From: Corallochytrium limacisporum Hawaii
Lineage: Eukaryota; Protista; Pluriformea
DNA length: 53,538 bases
Assembly: GCA_002811645.1 (NCBI GenBank)
Contig: PDIP01000106.1
Location: 1-53,538 of the forward strand
Direction: 5' to 3'
Within the stretch, counting starts at the first letter, position 1. Each line of letters starts with the position of its first letter. Made by a program: the position numbers and the translations under genes. This document shows, in pieces, positions 20,786 to 30,239 of the stretch. The notes below the pieces were generated by a model, which worked only from the letters and a program-made list of their open reading frames with translations, was not told the origin of the DNA and searched no databases.

Positions 20786-23347
20786 TCACATTAAATTCGC
20801 AATCGCTGCACAGTTTCCGAACTGGAAAATGTGGTCGTCGCACACCTCGTCAATCAGGTCGCACGGTACGCACACGCGCCCGCCAAGCGGACCAAAAGCA
20901 TCGCCACCGCACTGGCATGAGCCGGGGGTACACTGTCCACACTCCTTGGATGACTGATTCTCCTCACAGCGCGCTCCCGTGTTCGCTAACGTGAACTCGT
21001 TCAGGCACTCGTATGGTTTCCGATTCCGCAGTGGTGGGGATGGAGGAACCCGGGCTGGTTTTCGGTTGCCCACTTCTGCAGTTGGCAGAGTTGCGGATGA
21101 CTCTGGTTGGACTGTCAACGACAGATCGTATGCGGAGCACGGCAAGGGTTTAAGTACCTCAGTATCTCCCATACACTCTCTGAAGTTCCTGTGCTCGACT
21201 TCGCACAAGTCCGTGTCACCACATGGTACGCACACAGCGCCCTCGTGCGGATTTTCTTTACATCCGCATTGACAGGTCCCAGGTGACGCGCACTGAGCGC
21301 ACGACCTGTCGCTCGTATTGAACCAGCAGGCTGCGCCGGTATGGGAAGCTGTATACTCGTTCAGGCATTCCTCAGGATCCTTCGTGGCGGTTGGCTCCTG
21401 CGTTGAACTTGTTGGTACCTCAATGGGCACTTCAGTACCAAACGTCACCGTCCCACTGCCTGGTACACTGATCCACGTGTACCTTCCTTCGTTAGTCACT
21501 GTCGCACTGCTACCTCCCGTCTGCTGAGGTACAGAGTTGAGTCCTTCAAAGGCAATGGAACATTCTCCGTCAGTCGTTATTTCGATGAAGTTCGGCGCCC
21601 CAGTGGATCCGTGGGCACGCTGCACGTAGATGTGTGGATCGCACTCCGCGTATCCAGCGCGAAGGTTGAACAGCTCAGCAATGCGGTCCTGGCCTTCGCT
21701 GATAACCGGGATTGTCATGTACTCGCTGGCCCCGCCAACCACGTACTCGATCCACAGGGACAGGAGCGCATGCTTATCATTTTGGTAATCCTGCTTAATC
21801 ATGTTAGCCTGGTGGAACATATAGGGGTCGTGACGTAAGGCCAGCAGTTGAGCAACATGACGATTAGTCTCAGCCTCCATCAGTTCTTCGATTGTTTCCC
21901 ATGACCAGTACGCCAAATTCTGCTCAAATGTCGCGGCGTCCCAGGCGACCGCCGTGCAGTGTCGAGGTACAATCCAGAGTGCCTTCTTTGCATCGTATCC
22001 ATTAGTTTCATGGTTTACGAAGTAGGGCAGGTAGTTTGCGCGCGTCCAACTGGACCAGCTGTGCACGCTGTCACAGCTGTTAGATATGGCACTTGTCATA
22101 CCAAGTGCTTCCATTGAGACAAAGAGCTCACCGTTGTGCAAACCAGAGTATCCTCCAGTGATGAGGCCTTTAGGCATCCAGTTCTTGTGATCAGCCAAAC
22201 CGAGCACCTCCTCGCCGATCTTGATGTTGTATCCCAGTTCGGCCACACGTATATCGTTAGGGCCTAGCGCACCCATTCTTGCGTGTGTGGTAGTGTGCGA
22301 CATCCACAGGAAGGTGTCCTTCCAGCCGTTATTTTCTCGGAGCTCCGCAGCCAATACACTATGAGGATCAGTGCGTTCCAGCCAGGGCTCCCAGAAAGAA
22401 GAATCCTTCCACCAGTCCTCGTCCCATAAACTGTCATAGAAGTCTTTACGCGTTCCTGCCTCAGAGTAGTCATGTGCTCCACCCTTGTACGAGCCAAAGT
22501 GGGCTGGTAGAGTGCCCTCGAATTTCAGACCGAGACCGTTGAAAGCCATCTCGGGTCTGATCAAGGATCCGTGTTGGGCGTTAAAAGCAGCAAGCCAATC
22601 TACCCACCAATCCATGTCCTGCTTAGTAAGGGCACGATCCGGGGCGTGACCAGGTGGAGCGAAGACATCGTCGACTTGTAGACCAGCTAACATGCGTCGA
22701 TGGCCTTGCAACGGAATATCTGTGCCGGAACCTGCGAGCAGAAATTGAAGGCCAACGTGTTGCAGTGCCAGAGACGCGAGATCATAGTCATTTAACCTGC
22801 TGGCAATGTGTAATGTGTCACCGTCTGCAAATGCAGCCACTCTCCCAGAGCCATCTCTGACGATTGTGGATCCAACAGAGCCGGTCGAGGAGAATACATC
22901 GAGATTGAAATTTCGCCGAGACCACTGGCTACCCCGACGGACAACGTCTTGGAGGAAGTCAGTATTGCCATTGGAAGGGACACTTAGGGAGTCAGAGCTT
23001 GAACGGGTACGGGATGCCGTGCCAAAGACATTGGAGTTCATGACAACATGTCTGACACCAAAATTGGCCTGGTAGTTGCGAATGTTCTCGGAGTCGTTGA
23101 CGGATGCGCCGTCCACTGTGATTATGCAGCTGTACAGTCCGCGGTCTCCATCGCCGAGCGGGACCGTGTCCGGATTGTTGGTTCTGAACACGGTGTATGG
23201 CATTCCCGCTCCAAAGAGGGCCACAAGTCCGTCAGGGTTCGAACCGGAGCTTGGTGCAAACACTGCACACCCCAGTTTTACCGATGGGAGAGTCTGTGCC
23301 ATAGCGGCACATACCAAATACAAAAGGATCAGCTTGATCAACATCAT
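20786..23347 (-). CDS. agd3: Secreted Agd3-like (CE18) polysaccharide deacetylase with two C-terminal 10-Cys modules, copy 1
   Basis: Signal peptide MMLIKLILLYLVCAAMAQ (ATG 23347). YQANFGVRHVV, QVDDVF, MAFNG, WMSHTTTH, SGLHNG, IVPR and LLALRHDPYMFHQAN match the recalled Aspergillus Agd3 motif set. S/T/P linkers lead to two Cys-rich repeats. Confidence 0.88.
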   Translation of the reverse strand: MMLIKLILLYLVCAAMAQTLPSVKLGCAVFAPSSGSNPDGLVALFGAGMPYTVFRTNNPDTVPLGDGDRGLYSCIITVDGASVNDSENIRNYQANFGVRHVVMNSNVFGTASRTRSSSDSLSVPSNGNTDFLQDVVRRGSQWSRRNFNLDVFSSTGSVGSTIVRDGSGRVAAFADGDTLHIASRLNDYDLASLALQHVGLQFLLAGSGTDIPLQGHRRMLAGLQVDDVFAPPGHAPDRALTKQDMDWWVDWLAAFNAQHGSLIRPEMAFNGLGLKFEGTLPAHFGSYKGGAHDYSEAGTRKDFYDSLWDEDWWKDSSFWEPWLERTDPHSVLAAELRENNGWKDTFLWMSHTTTHARMGALGPNDIRVAELGYNIKIGEEVLGLADHKNWMPKGLITGGYSGLHNGELFVSMEALGMTSAISNSCDSVHSWSSWTRANYLPYFVNHETNGYDAKKALWIVPRHCTAVAWDAATFEQNLAYWSWETIEELMEAETNRHVAQLLALRHDPYMFHQANMIKQDYQNDKHALLSLWIEYVVGGASEYMTIPVISEGQDRIAELFNLRAGYAECDPHIYVQRAHGSTGAPNFIEITTDGECSIAFEGLNSVPQQTGGSSATVTNEGRYTWISVPGSGTVTFGTEVPIEVPTSSTQEPTATKDPEECLNEYTASHTGAACWFNTSDRSCAQCASPGTCQCGCKENPHEGAVCVPCGDTDLCEVEHRNFRECMGDTEVLKPLPCSAYDLSLTVQPESSATLPTAEVGNRKPARVPPSPPLRNRKPYECLNEFTLANTGARCEENQSSKECGQCTPGSCQCGGDAFGPLGGRVCVPCDLIDEVCDDHIFQFGNCAAIANLM

Positions 23348-25856
23348 GGCCGACGAACTTAGCAATAAACTTTGACGTGGCGGCACCTGAACAGAATACA
23401 GTTTTCATCACGAATAGATTGAAATGTTAACAATTAAGTAGCTGCCGCCTAGTGGTGGACACCAATGGGTGACAATTGTGATTCGTTCCCCCTTAAGAAA
23501 AGTAGCCGTGCTTGCAAACCGGCGCATTTCGCCTGCATTGACGTTCCTACAGTACGCTATGAGACTCAATGTTATCGGTTGAAACCAACTGAAGGTATAG
23601 ATCGCGCTTTTCTGCACATCATTAGCATCTCCAGCAGCATCTCCGGGGGAATAGTGTTGCAATCGATTTTTTTGTGATTGCCCTCAGATATGGAGAAAAA
23701 AACTGAAACATTCTCGAACTGATTGCTAATATTCAGAATCAATTGAGGTTAATTGGACCTTTTAAAAGGCCATGTCATTACCTAAACACTCCTAAGATGG
23801 ACATGGGGAACCCCATCCTTGTAGATCATGCTACGACCAGTGTGCGTAGATAGTTTGCTCACTCCGACGTGTGTTCCATTCCCCAACCCAACCCCCTTGT
23901 TTCCAGCGACCCCTTCTCCCCCCCTCTCACGGGGAGCCCCTTTTCCCTTCTCCCCGCCCCCTTCTTTCCTCACAAGCCTTTTTGCCCGATGTCAGAGTGC
24001 GTTTATCCACCACTTTTCCTGCCGAAACAGGTCACCTCTCTCCAACCCCCTCCCCCCTTTCAAAGGGGGGAGGCCCTTCTCCTTGCCAGCAAGGGTACTA
24101 CACAAAAACCGCCAAAAAAGGCACCCCAGGGGTCAGGTGCGGGGACAAGGGCTTAGTTGACTGAAGGACTGGACCATTTGGGCGCTCTCACCACGGCCGG
24201 CACCAAGAACGTTTCCGGTGCCTGTCTCTGCTATGAAATTGGGGATAACGAATTCTGGCTCAGAGGCTCTTCGTGTCTGTGTTCACTTGATTTCCATGCT
24301 CTTATTCTGTAGAAGCATGTGCACACAACAGAGGGGTTGCCGCTATTCTCATCCGTGGCGTGCGACCGAATTATTCAAACCCCGGTATAGTTTGAGCATT
24401 CTGTTTCGGTTGCGCACGCCCTAGGAAGACCTACGGGCAATGTGAATAGCAGACCACAAGGGGGCTCGCCGGTGAGATTAGCAGGGTGCTTTGCGAAGGA
24501 ATGAAGTTCCTAAGGGAACCCCCTAAAACATGAGCAGATGCAAGCGGAAAACTGCTAGTGGAGCAGATTGGAGCCGTCACATTCATTCGCTCCCTGCAAC
24601 GCATTGAACTTCCTGGTCCTCCGTCCCACCTCCACCTTCCCCCGTGGAACCATCAAAACTGGTTTCCCGGTTCAATGTCTATCTTTTCCTTTCTTCTTGT
24701 TTTCCCTTTGCCTGTTGGGTTCGCCATGCGGAATACGATCAGATTTCCCATCCGGAGGTCACGGCCCCACACCCCTGTCCACCAAAAAGGGCTGCCCGCT
24801 GACGCTTCCGTTACGGGCAAATGTCGATTCCTAATAGCCCATCTACTGGCCTCTGCCAGCACTCGGCGTGGAACGTGTGCTGTCCAAGGGAAATGTGGCA
24901 TTTGGAGGAACAGAAATAGGGTTCTAATCTTATAGTGGACAAACGTGACAACTTGCACAACTTTTCCCTAAAGTGAAAACATCACGCCTGTTCGTAACCT
25001 AAGCTAACCTAAACCGAATTTTTTTGGACTGTCGTGGATCAACCAGGATCGTTTAGGTTGCACGTCACCTGCATGACCGGGGGACCGAACAAAATACCTT
25101 GGTAGATCGTGCCCATCTATTCATTTAGATCGCGCATCGGTCGCAAACAAACTGACTTTCACTGCCAACTTCAAGTGTCGGCGATTCACAGTGTGCGGTG
25201 CCTTCTTGCTCGCTTTATCGTAGGGTAGTCAGAGATTCAGAATATGTTTTGATATTGAATTTTTTTTAAGAACCGGGTGATATCAGTCCACGGGATCTAT
25301 TGTCGATACGTTATCAAATCCCACTACACTCCTGCAGCCAATTGAACCATCAGACTGGAGGGTTTACTGTGCGGAAAATAGATTGTTGCACGGGAGGCAG
25401 GGAAAGAGACACGCTGATCATCAGGAATGAACGCGATTATAAGGGAACATCGCCGGATCTTCTAAATGGGCCCCCCAGAATTGGACCCCTAGGTCCAGGC
25501 CCTAGGGTGGCAAAAACAAGGACCAGGGGAGGGGGCGGGAGAATGTGCTTAAAATAGACTCCCAGTGCTCCAATCGGGGAATGGGAGATGGTAAGGAGGA
25601 AGGGGGGGGGGGAAGAGGGGAGAATAGTCTGTACGGCGTTGGGGTACTGTTCCCACCTGGTGCTCTCTGGGGCGGAGGGGCGGGAGGAGGCGCATTGAAT
25701 GAACAAGGCATTCGTGGCGCCGCTATCCACAGTTTCTTCCTTTGATTTTCAACGGTAACGAGCAGGGCGACGTCGAGTACAACATATCTGATTCAAAGGG
25801 ATTAAAAATAGATCTGTAGTGTAGTATTTCTATTACGGTGCGCCAAGTTGTCCACT

Positions 25857-28430
25857 TCACTGAATGTTCTCGATACTCCTGCAGGACTGGAAGTGATGGA
25901 CATAGTCGGGGCACAGTTCTTCTCTCCGGTCGCATGGTACACACACCCGACCACTTTGGAGGCTAGGACCATGACCACTGCACTGACATGAGCCGGGAAT
26001 GCACTGTGCACAGTCAGTTGATGACGCATTGTCCTCGCAAAGGGTCCCTGTATTTGCGGTGGTGAAGTCATTCAAGCAAACACCTGGGCTTAGGGTGGGT
26101 GCCGGTCGGTTTGGGGGCGGCCGCATTGGGTACCGGGAGCCAGTTGACGTCGTCGGTTGTGTTGGAGGGGATGTCGGCGAGAGCTCATACGGGGAGTTTT
26201 GCAATGGTTCTTCGTTTTCCACTACTTCTGACCCCTTGCACTTCTGCCATTTCTTGTATTCAGTGGCGCACGCAGCGCTGTCGTTGCATAAAACACACAC
26301 GTGTCCCCACTCCTTCTCGTTCGAATTGCCACATTGACAGCCACCTCTACTGCAGCTCGCACACGACCTATCGGAGGTGTCCCACCAGCACGCCGATCCT
26401 GAATCAGAGAGAGTATACTTGTTCAGGCATCCACCAGTCGGAGTGGTGGGCTTTGCTGTTGACGTAGTCGACGTGCTAGTAGTTGAACTCGTTGGTACAT
26501 GCACGGGCACTTCCGTACCAAACTTTACTGTGCCACCACTGGCCAACTGAATCCATGTGTAGCTTCCTTCCTTGGTCACGTCCGCTTTGTTACCCTCCGT
26601 CTGATTTGGCACCGCGTCAAGGATCTCAAAGGCAATCGAACAAGCCTGCTTAGTTGTGATTTCAATGTAGTTCGGTGACGCAGAGGATCCGTTGGCCCGC
26701 TGTACATAAATCTCCGGATTGCATGACCAGTATCCAGCACGGCGATGAAACAGATCGGAGAGGATGTTCATTCCCACGCTTTCCATGGGAATTGCCAAGA
26801 ACTCGCTCACCGTCCCCAAAACATAGTCGATCCACATCGACGTGAGCGTTAGTGTTTTGCCCTTGTATTCCGTTTGAACCATGTTGGCCTGGTGGAACAT
26901 GTGTGGATCATGCCGCAGTGCCATAATCTTGGGACACTGATAGTCAATCTCGGCTTCCAAGAGTTCCTCGATGGTGTCAAAGGGATAGTAAGAGAGATTC
27001 TTTTTGATTGTGGCCGCATCCCAGCCCATTCGTGTGCACTCTCGGGGCACAACCCAGAGGTTCTTTTCGGTGTTATTGTAGCCATTGTTCTTGAAGTCAA
27101 CAAAATGCGGCTGGTAGTTGTTGCGTGACCAGACGGACCAATTGTCCGTCGATTCGCAGTTGCTGGAGATTGCAGTGTGCATGCCAAGCTTATCCATGGC
27201 AGCGTAAAAGTCGCCGTTCTCCAGGGCAGAGTACATGCCAGTGATAACGCTGTTGCGGCTCCAATTCGGATGATTTGTCAGGTTCAGGACCTCCTCTCCG
27301 ACCGCCATGTTGTACTGCAGTTCGACTTGGCAGTCGCCAGGGCCGATTTCTCCCATGTTTGCATGTGTCATGGTGTGTGACAACCAAAAGAAGCCGTCCT
27401 TCCAACTATCGCTTTCTCGGAGCTCCGCTGCCACCTCGCTTACGGTGCCTGTGCCATTCAACCACGGACTCCAGAAACTGCGGTCGTTCCACCATTCATT
27501 CTTCCACAAGCGAGTGTACATGTTTTTACGGGATCCTGCCGGAGAGTATACGCCGTGCGGACCAAAATCGTAGTGTCCAAAGTACTCTGGATCAGCGGAG
27601 CCGGCAAGGGGCAGGCCGTTAAAACAGATCTCTTGCTTGATAGAAGACCCGTGCTGGTCGTTGAAGTCATCCATCCATTTCAACCACCAATTAAGGTCAT
27701 CCTTAGTAATAATAACATCCTGGGCATTGTCGGGAGGATTAAAGAAATCGTCCACTTGAAGATTAGCCATAACGCGTCGATGGCCCTGCAAAGGAATATC
27801 TGTGCCGGTACCTGTCAACAGAAACTGCAGACCGATGTGTTGCAGCGCTAAGGATGCAAGATCATAGTCAGTGAGCTGGTTGGCGATGTGCAGTGTGTCA
27901 TTGTCAGCGAAAGCAGCCACGGCGCCAGCGCCGTCCGTGACAATCGTCACTGTAGATCCGGATGGCATCTTAGAGAACACGTTTAGCTTAAATTTTCGCT
28001 GAGACCACTGGTTTCCCCGGCGGACTACGCCTTCTAGGAAGTCGGTATCGCCATTTGAAGGGACGCTTAGGGAGTCAGAGCTTGAAGAGGTTCGGGATGC
28101 TGTACCAAAGACGTTAGAGTTCATTACAATGTGTCTGACGCCAAACTCCTCCTGGTAGTTGCGAAGGTTCTGCGAGTCGTGGACGGATGACCCATCAATA
28201 GTGATGAGGCAGCTGTACAGTCCGCGGTCTCCATCGATGAGCTGGACCGTGTCCGGGTTGTCCGTTTTGAACACTGTGTATGGCAAACCGGCCCCCAACG
28301 TGACGATGAGACCTTCAGGGGTTGAATCGGAGGTTGATGAAAACACAGCGCACCCCAACTTGACTGGCGGTAGAGTTTGCGCCAGTACGGCACCGAACAG
28401 GGTCAAAGGGATCAGTTTGATCAAGAACAT
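25857..28430 (-). CDS. agd3: Secreted Agd3-like (CE18) polysaccharide deacetylase with two C-terminal 10-Cys modules, copy 2
   Basis: Signal peptide MFLIKLIPLTLFGAVLAQ; motifs QVDDFF, WLSHTMTH, VVPR, MALRHDPHMFHQAN; same architecture as copy 1. Confidence 0.88.
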   Translation of the reverse strand: MFLIKLIPLTLFGAVLAQTLPPVKLGCAVFSSTSDSTPEGLIVTLGAGLPYTVFKTDNPDTVQLIDGDRGLYSCLITIDGSSVHDSQNLRNYQEEFGVRHIVMNSNVFGTASRTSSSSDSLSVPSNGDTDFLEGVVRRGNQWSQRKFKLNVFSKMPSGSTVTIVTDGAGAVAAFADNDTLHIANQLTDYDLASLALQHIGLQFLLTGTGTDIPLQGHRRVMANLQVDDFFNPPDNAQDVIITKDDLNWWLKWMDDFNDQHGSSIKQEICFNGLPLAGSADPEYFGHYDFGPHGVYSPAGSRKNMYTRLWKNEWWNDRSFWSPWLNGTGTVSEVAAELRESDSWKDGFFWLSHTMTHANMGEIGPGDCQVELQYNMAVGEEVLNLTNHPNWSRNSVITGMYSALENGDFYAAMDKLGMHTAISSNCESTDNWSVWSRNNYQPHFVDFKNNGYNNTEKNLWVVPRECTRMGWDAATIKKNLSYYPFDTIEELLEAEIDYQCPKIMALRHDPHMFHQANMVQTEYKGKTLTLTSMWIDYVLGTVSEFLAIPMESVGMNILSDLFHRRAGYWSCNPEIYVQRANGSSASPNYIEITTKQACSIAFEILDAVPNQTEGNKADVTKEGSYTWIQLASGGTVKFGTEVPVHVPTSSTTSTSTTSTAKPTTPTGGCLNKYTLSDSGSACWWDTSDRSCASCSRGGCQCGNSNEKEWGHVCVLCNDSAACATEYKKWQKCKGSEVVENEEPLQNSPYELSPTSPPTQPTTSTGSRYPMRPPPNRPAPTLSPGVCLNDFTTANTGTLCEDNASSTDCAQCIPGSCQCSGHGPSLQSGRVCVPCDRREELCPDYVHHFQSCRSIENIQ

Positions 28431-28925
28431 GGTGGACGATCTGTGCGATTGATTGCTGGCTACGTCCTGGCTTTAGTGCTAGTTTGCTAGTGTCGCCAAT
28501 TCAATCCACCAGCCGATCACTGCAGAATCCAAACTGACCCTTTAAATAGTTACTGCCTGATGTACGATGTGCCAACGATGGGTACTCCTGCTCGATCCTC
28601 TCCGTCTCTTCACGGCTGGCTCCCAGTGGTGAACCGGTGCGGGAAGGAGGCGGGTTGCAATCATCACCAACCCCCTTCTCCGAAGACAGGTCCCAGGGAA
28701 AGGTACAGGGGAATAGGTCGTGGGCGGAAGATCATCTGCGCACTGGAGCTTACCGGAACGGGCAAGAAAATGAGCCAAAACGATCAATCTCGATGGATTG
28801 CTGTTGATCACAATGCCCAGAGCGGCTACGCTTCTGCAGGTGGTTGGGTATCCCGCCAGGGTTTTTTGGGGATCCGTGTTTCGCCGCTGGTGGCGTGGGG
28901 GACAGCAGCCTCAATTCCTCTCCAC

Positions 28926-28970
28926 AATCGGTGGCAGTCAATTTTCCCTAATCGGTGGCAGTCAATTTTC
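28926..28970. repeat. Perfect 21-bp direct repeat (AATCGGTGGCAGTCAATTTTC x2, period 24)
   Basis: Copies at 28926-28946 and 28950-28970, about 500 bp upstream of agd3-like copy 2. Confidence 0.9.
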
Positions 28971-29038
28971 GTTAAGCACGGTGTGGGCGGGGCGTCGTGC
29001 TCAGCTTGGGTAGGGAGGGAAAGAAAGGGGGAGGGGGG

Positions 29039-29041
<3 letters not shown>

Positions 29042-29074
<33 letters not shown>

Positions 29075-29218
29075 GAGAGAGAGAGAGCGAAAGAGAGAGG
29101 GAGAAAGAGAGAGAGCGAAAGAGAGAGGGAGAGAGAAAGAGAGAGGGAAGAAAGAGAGAGAGCGAAAGAGAGAGGGAGAAAGAGAGAGAGCGAAAGAGAG
29201 AGAGAGAGAGAAAGAGAG
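29042..29218. repeat. (AG)n-rich compound microsatellite with a higher-order GAGAGAGCGAAAGAGAGA unit
   Basis: Near-pure purine tract; the GAGAGAGCGAAAGAGAGA core recurs four times. Confidence 0.95.
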
Positions 29219-30239
29219 GTGGTCGGGCTCGCTATGGTAGCACTTTCGATTTGGGGGTGGAGTCGCGACATTACCGTCTGAAGACTGCTCACGAGAGCCC
29301 GTGCCCAAACTGAGCAAAGCGAGGACCGGAGGAAAGTGTACGGACCCCCCAAAAAAACCCCCCCAACGACAACAAAATTTGAATAAGAAAAAGAGAGTGA
29401 TGGCTCATGTTTTCACCAACAATGGAGCCAGGACGTGAGGGGCAGGCCCTGGCCTTTTCCTGGCGCACACAATGCTGAATGTTGTGCTATGCCATCCGAT
29501 TTGCGGTCGGAGGAGAAGGCGGGCGGGCCGCGGGATAATATCGCGGCGTTCAATACTTAGTACACCGGGATTTTTGTTAGCCCAGGCCTCTGATGTTTGG
29601 CGGTGGTCGCATATACCCGCACATCGAGACCAGCAGCAGGGCCAACATCCGAAACAACCAAGGAACAGGGAGTAAAAAGGAGGTGGTGTAGTCACAACGG
29701 GCCATGCGTGTCAAAGTGATAGATGTACTGTGTACCATGGGGGCAAATTACCGATGGAAGATGAGATTGTGATGAGTTGCACATGACGAAGTCCTGAAAA
29801 GTCTAAATTACTCGGTTCCGAATAAACCTGTCTACTTGTACAGACGCTATGGAAATGACGGGTACCGATGGCTGATACACTCATTCTTGGTCAGTTCGTT
29901 AGGGGATCAAGTGTGGTTCCCTCGGAGCGGATGGCTGGTGGAGCACTGTCTGTGCCGTACGTACCTTGCGCACAATATGGAAACGGGCGCGCAATGAAAA
30001 AAACGAAGGTACGATGGTACAGCTGAGGTCTCAAGGCCTTGCGAAAGGGGGCCGCTATCCTCGGATCGTGGAATTTGTTGTGGTGTGTGATCCGCTGCTA
30101 TGCAGAGAACCATAGAATTAAAAAAAAAACCAATGGTAAGACAAATGGTGGTACAATGGTAACTGAGGTTCGTGTGTAATGTGGTTCAAAATGCTGGGCT
30201 GGCGGAGAGTCCCAGCCTCTTCGCACCAATTGGCACTCT

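Noticed and set aside
28926-28970. CRISPR-like repeat
   Set aside because: Only two copies separated by 3 nt, in a eukaryotic context with no cas genes.
28560-29352. ER-rich and SL-rich ORFs
   Set aside because: Translations of the (AG)n microsatellite.
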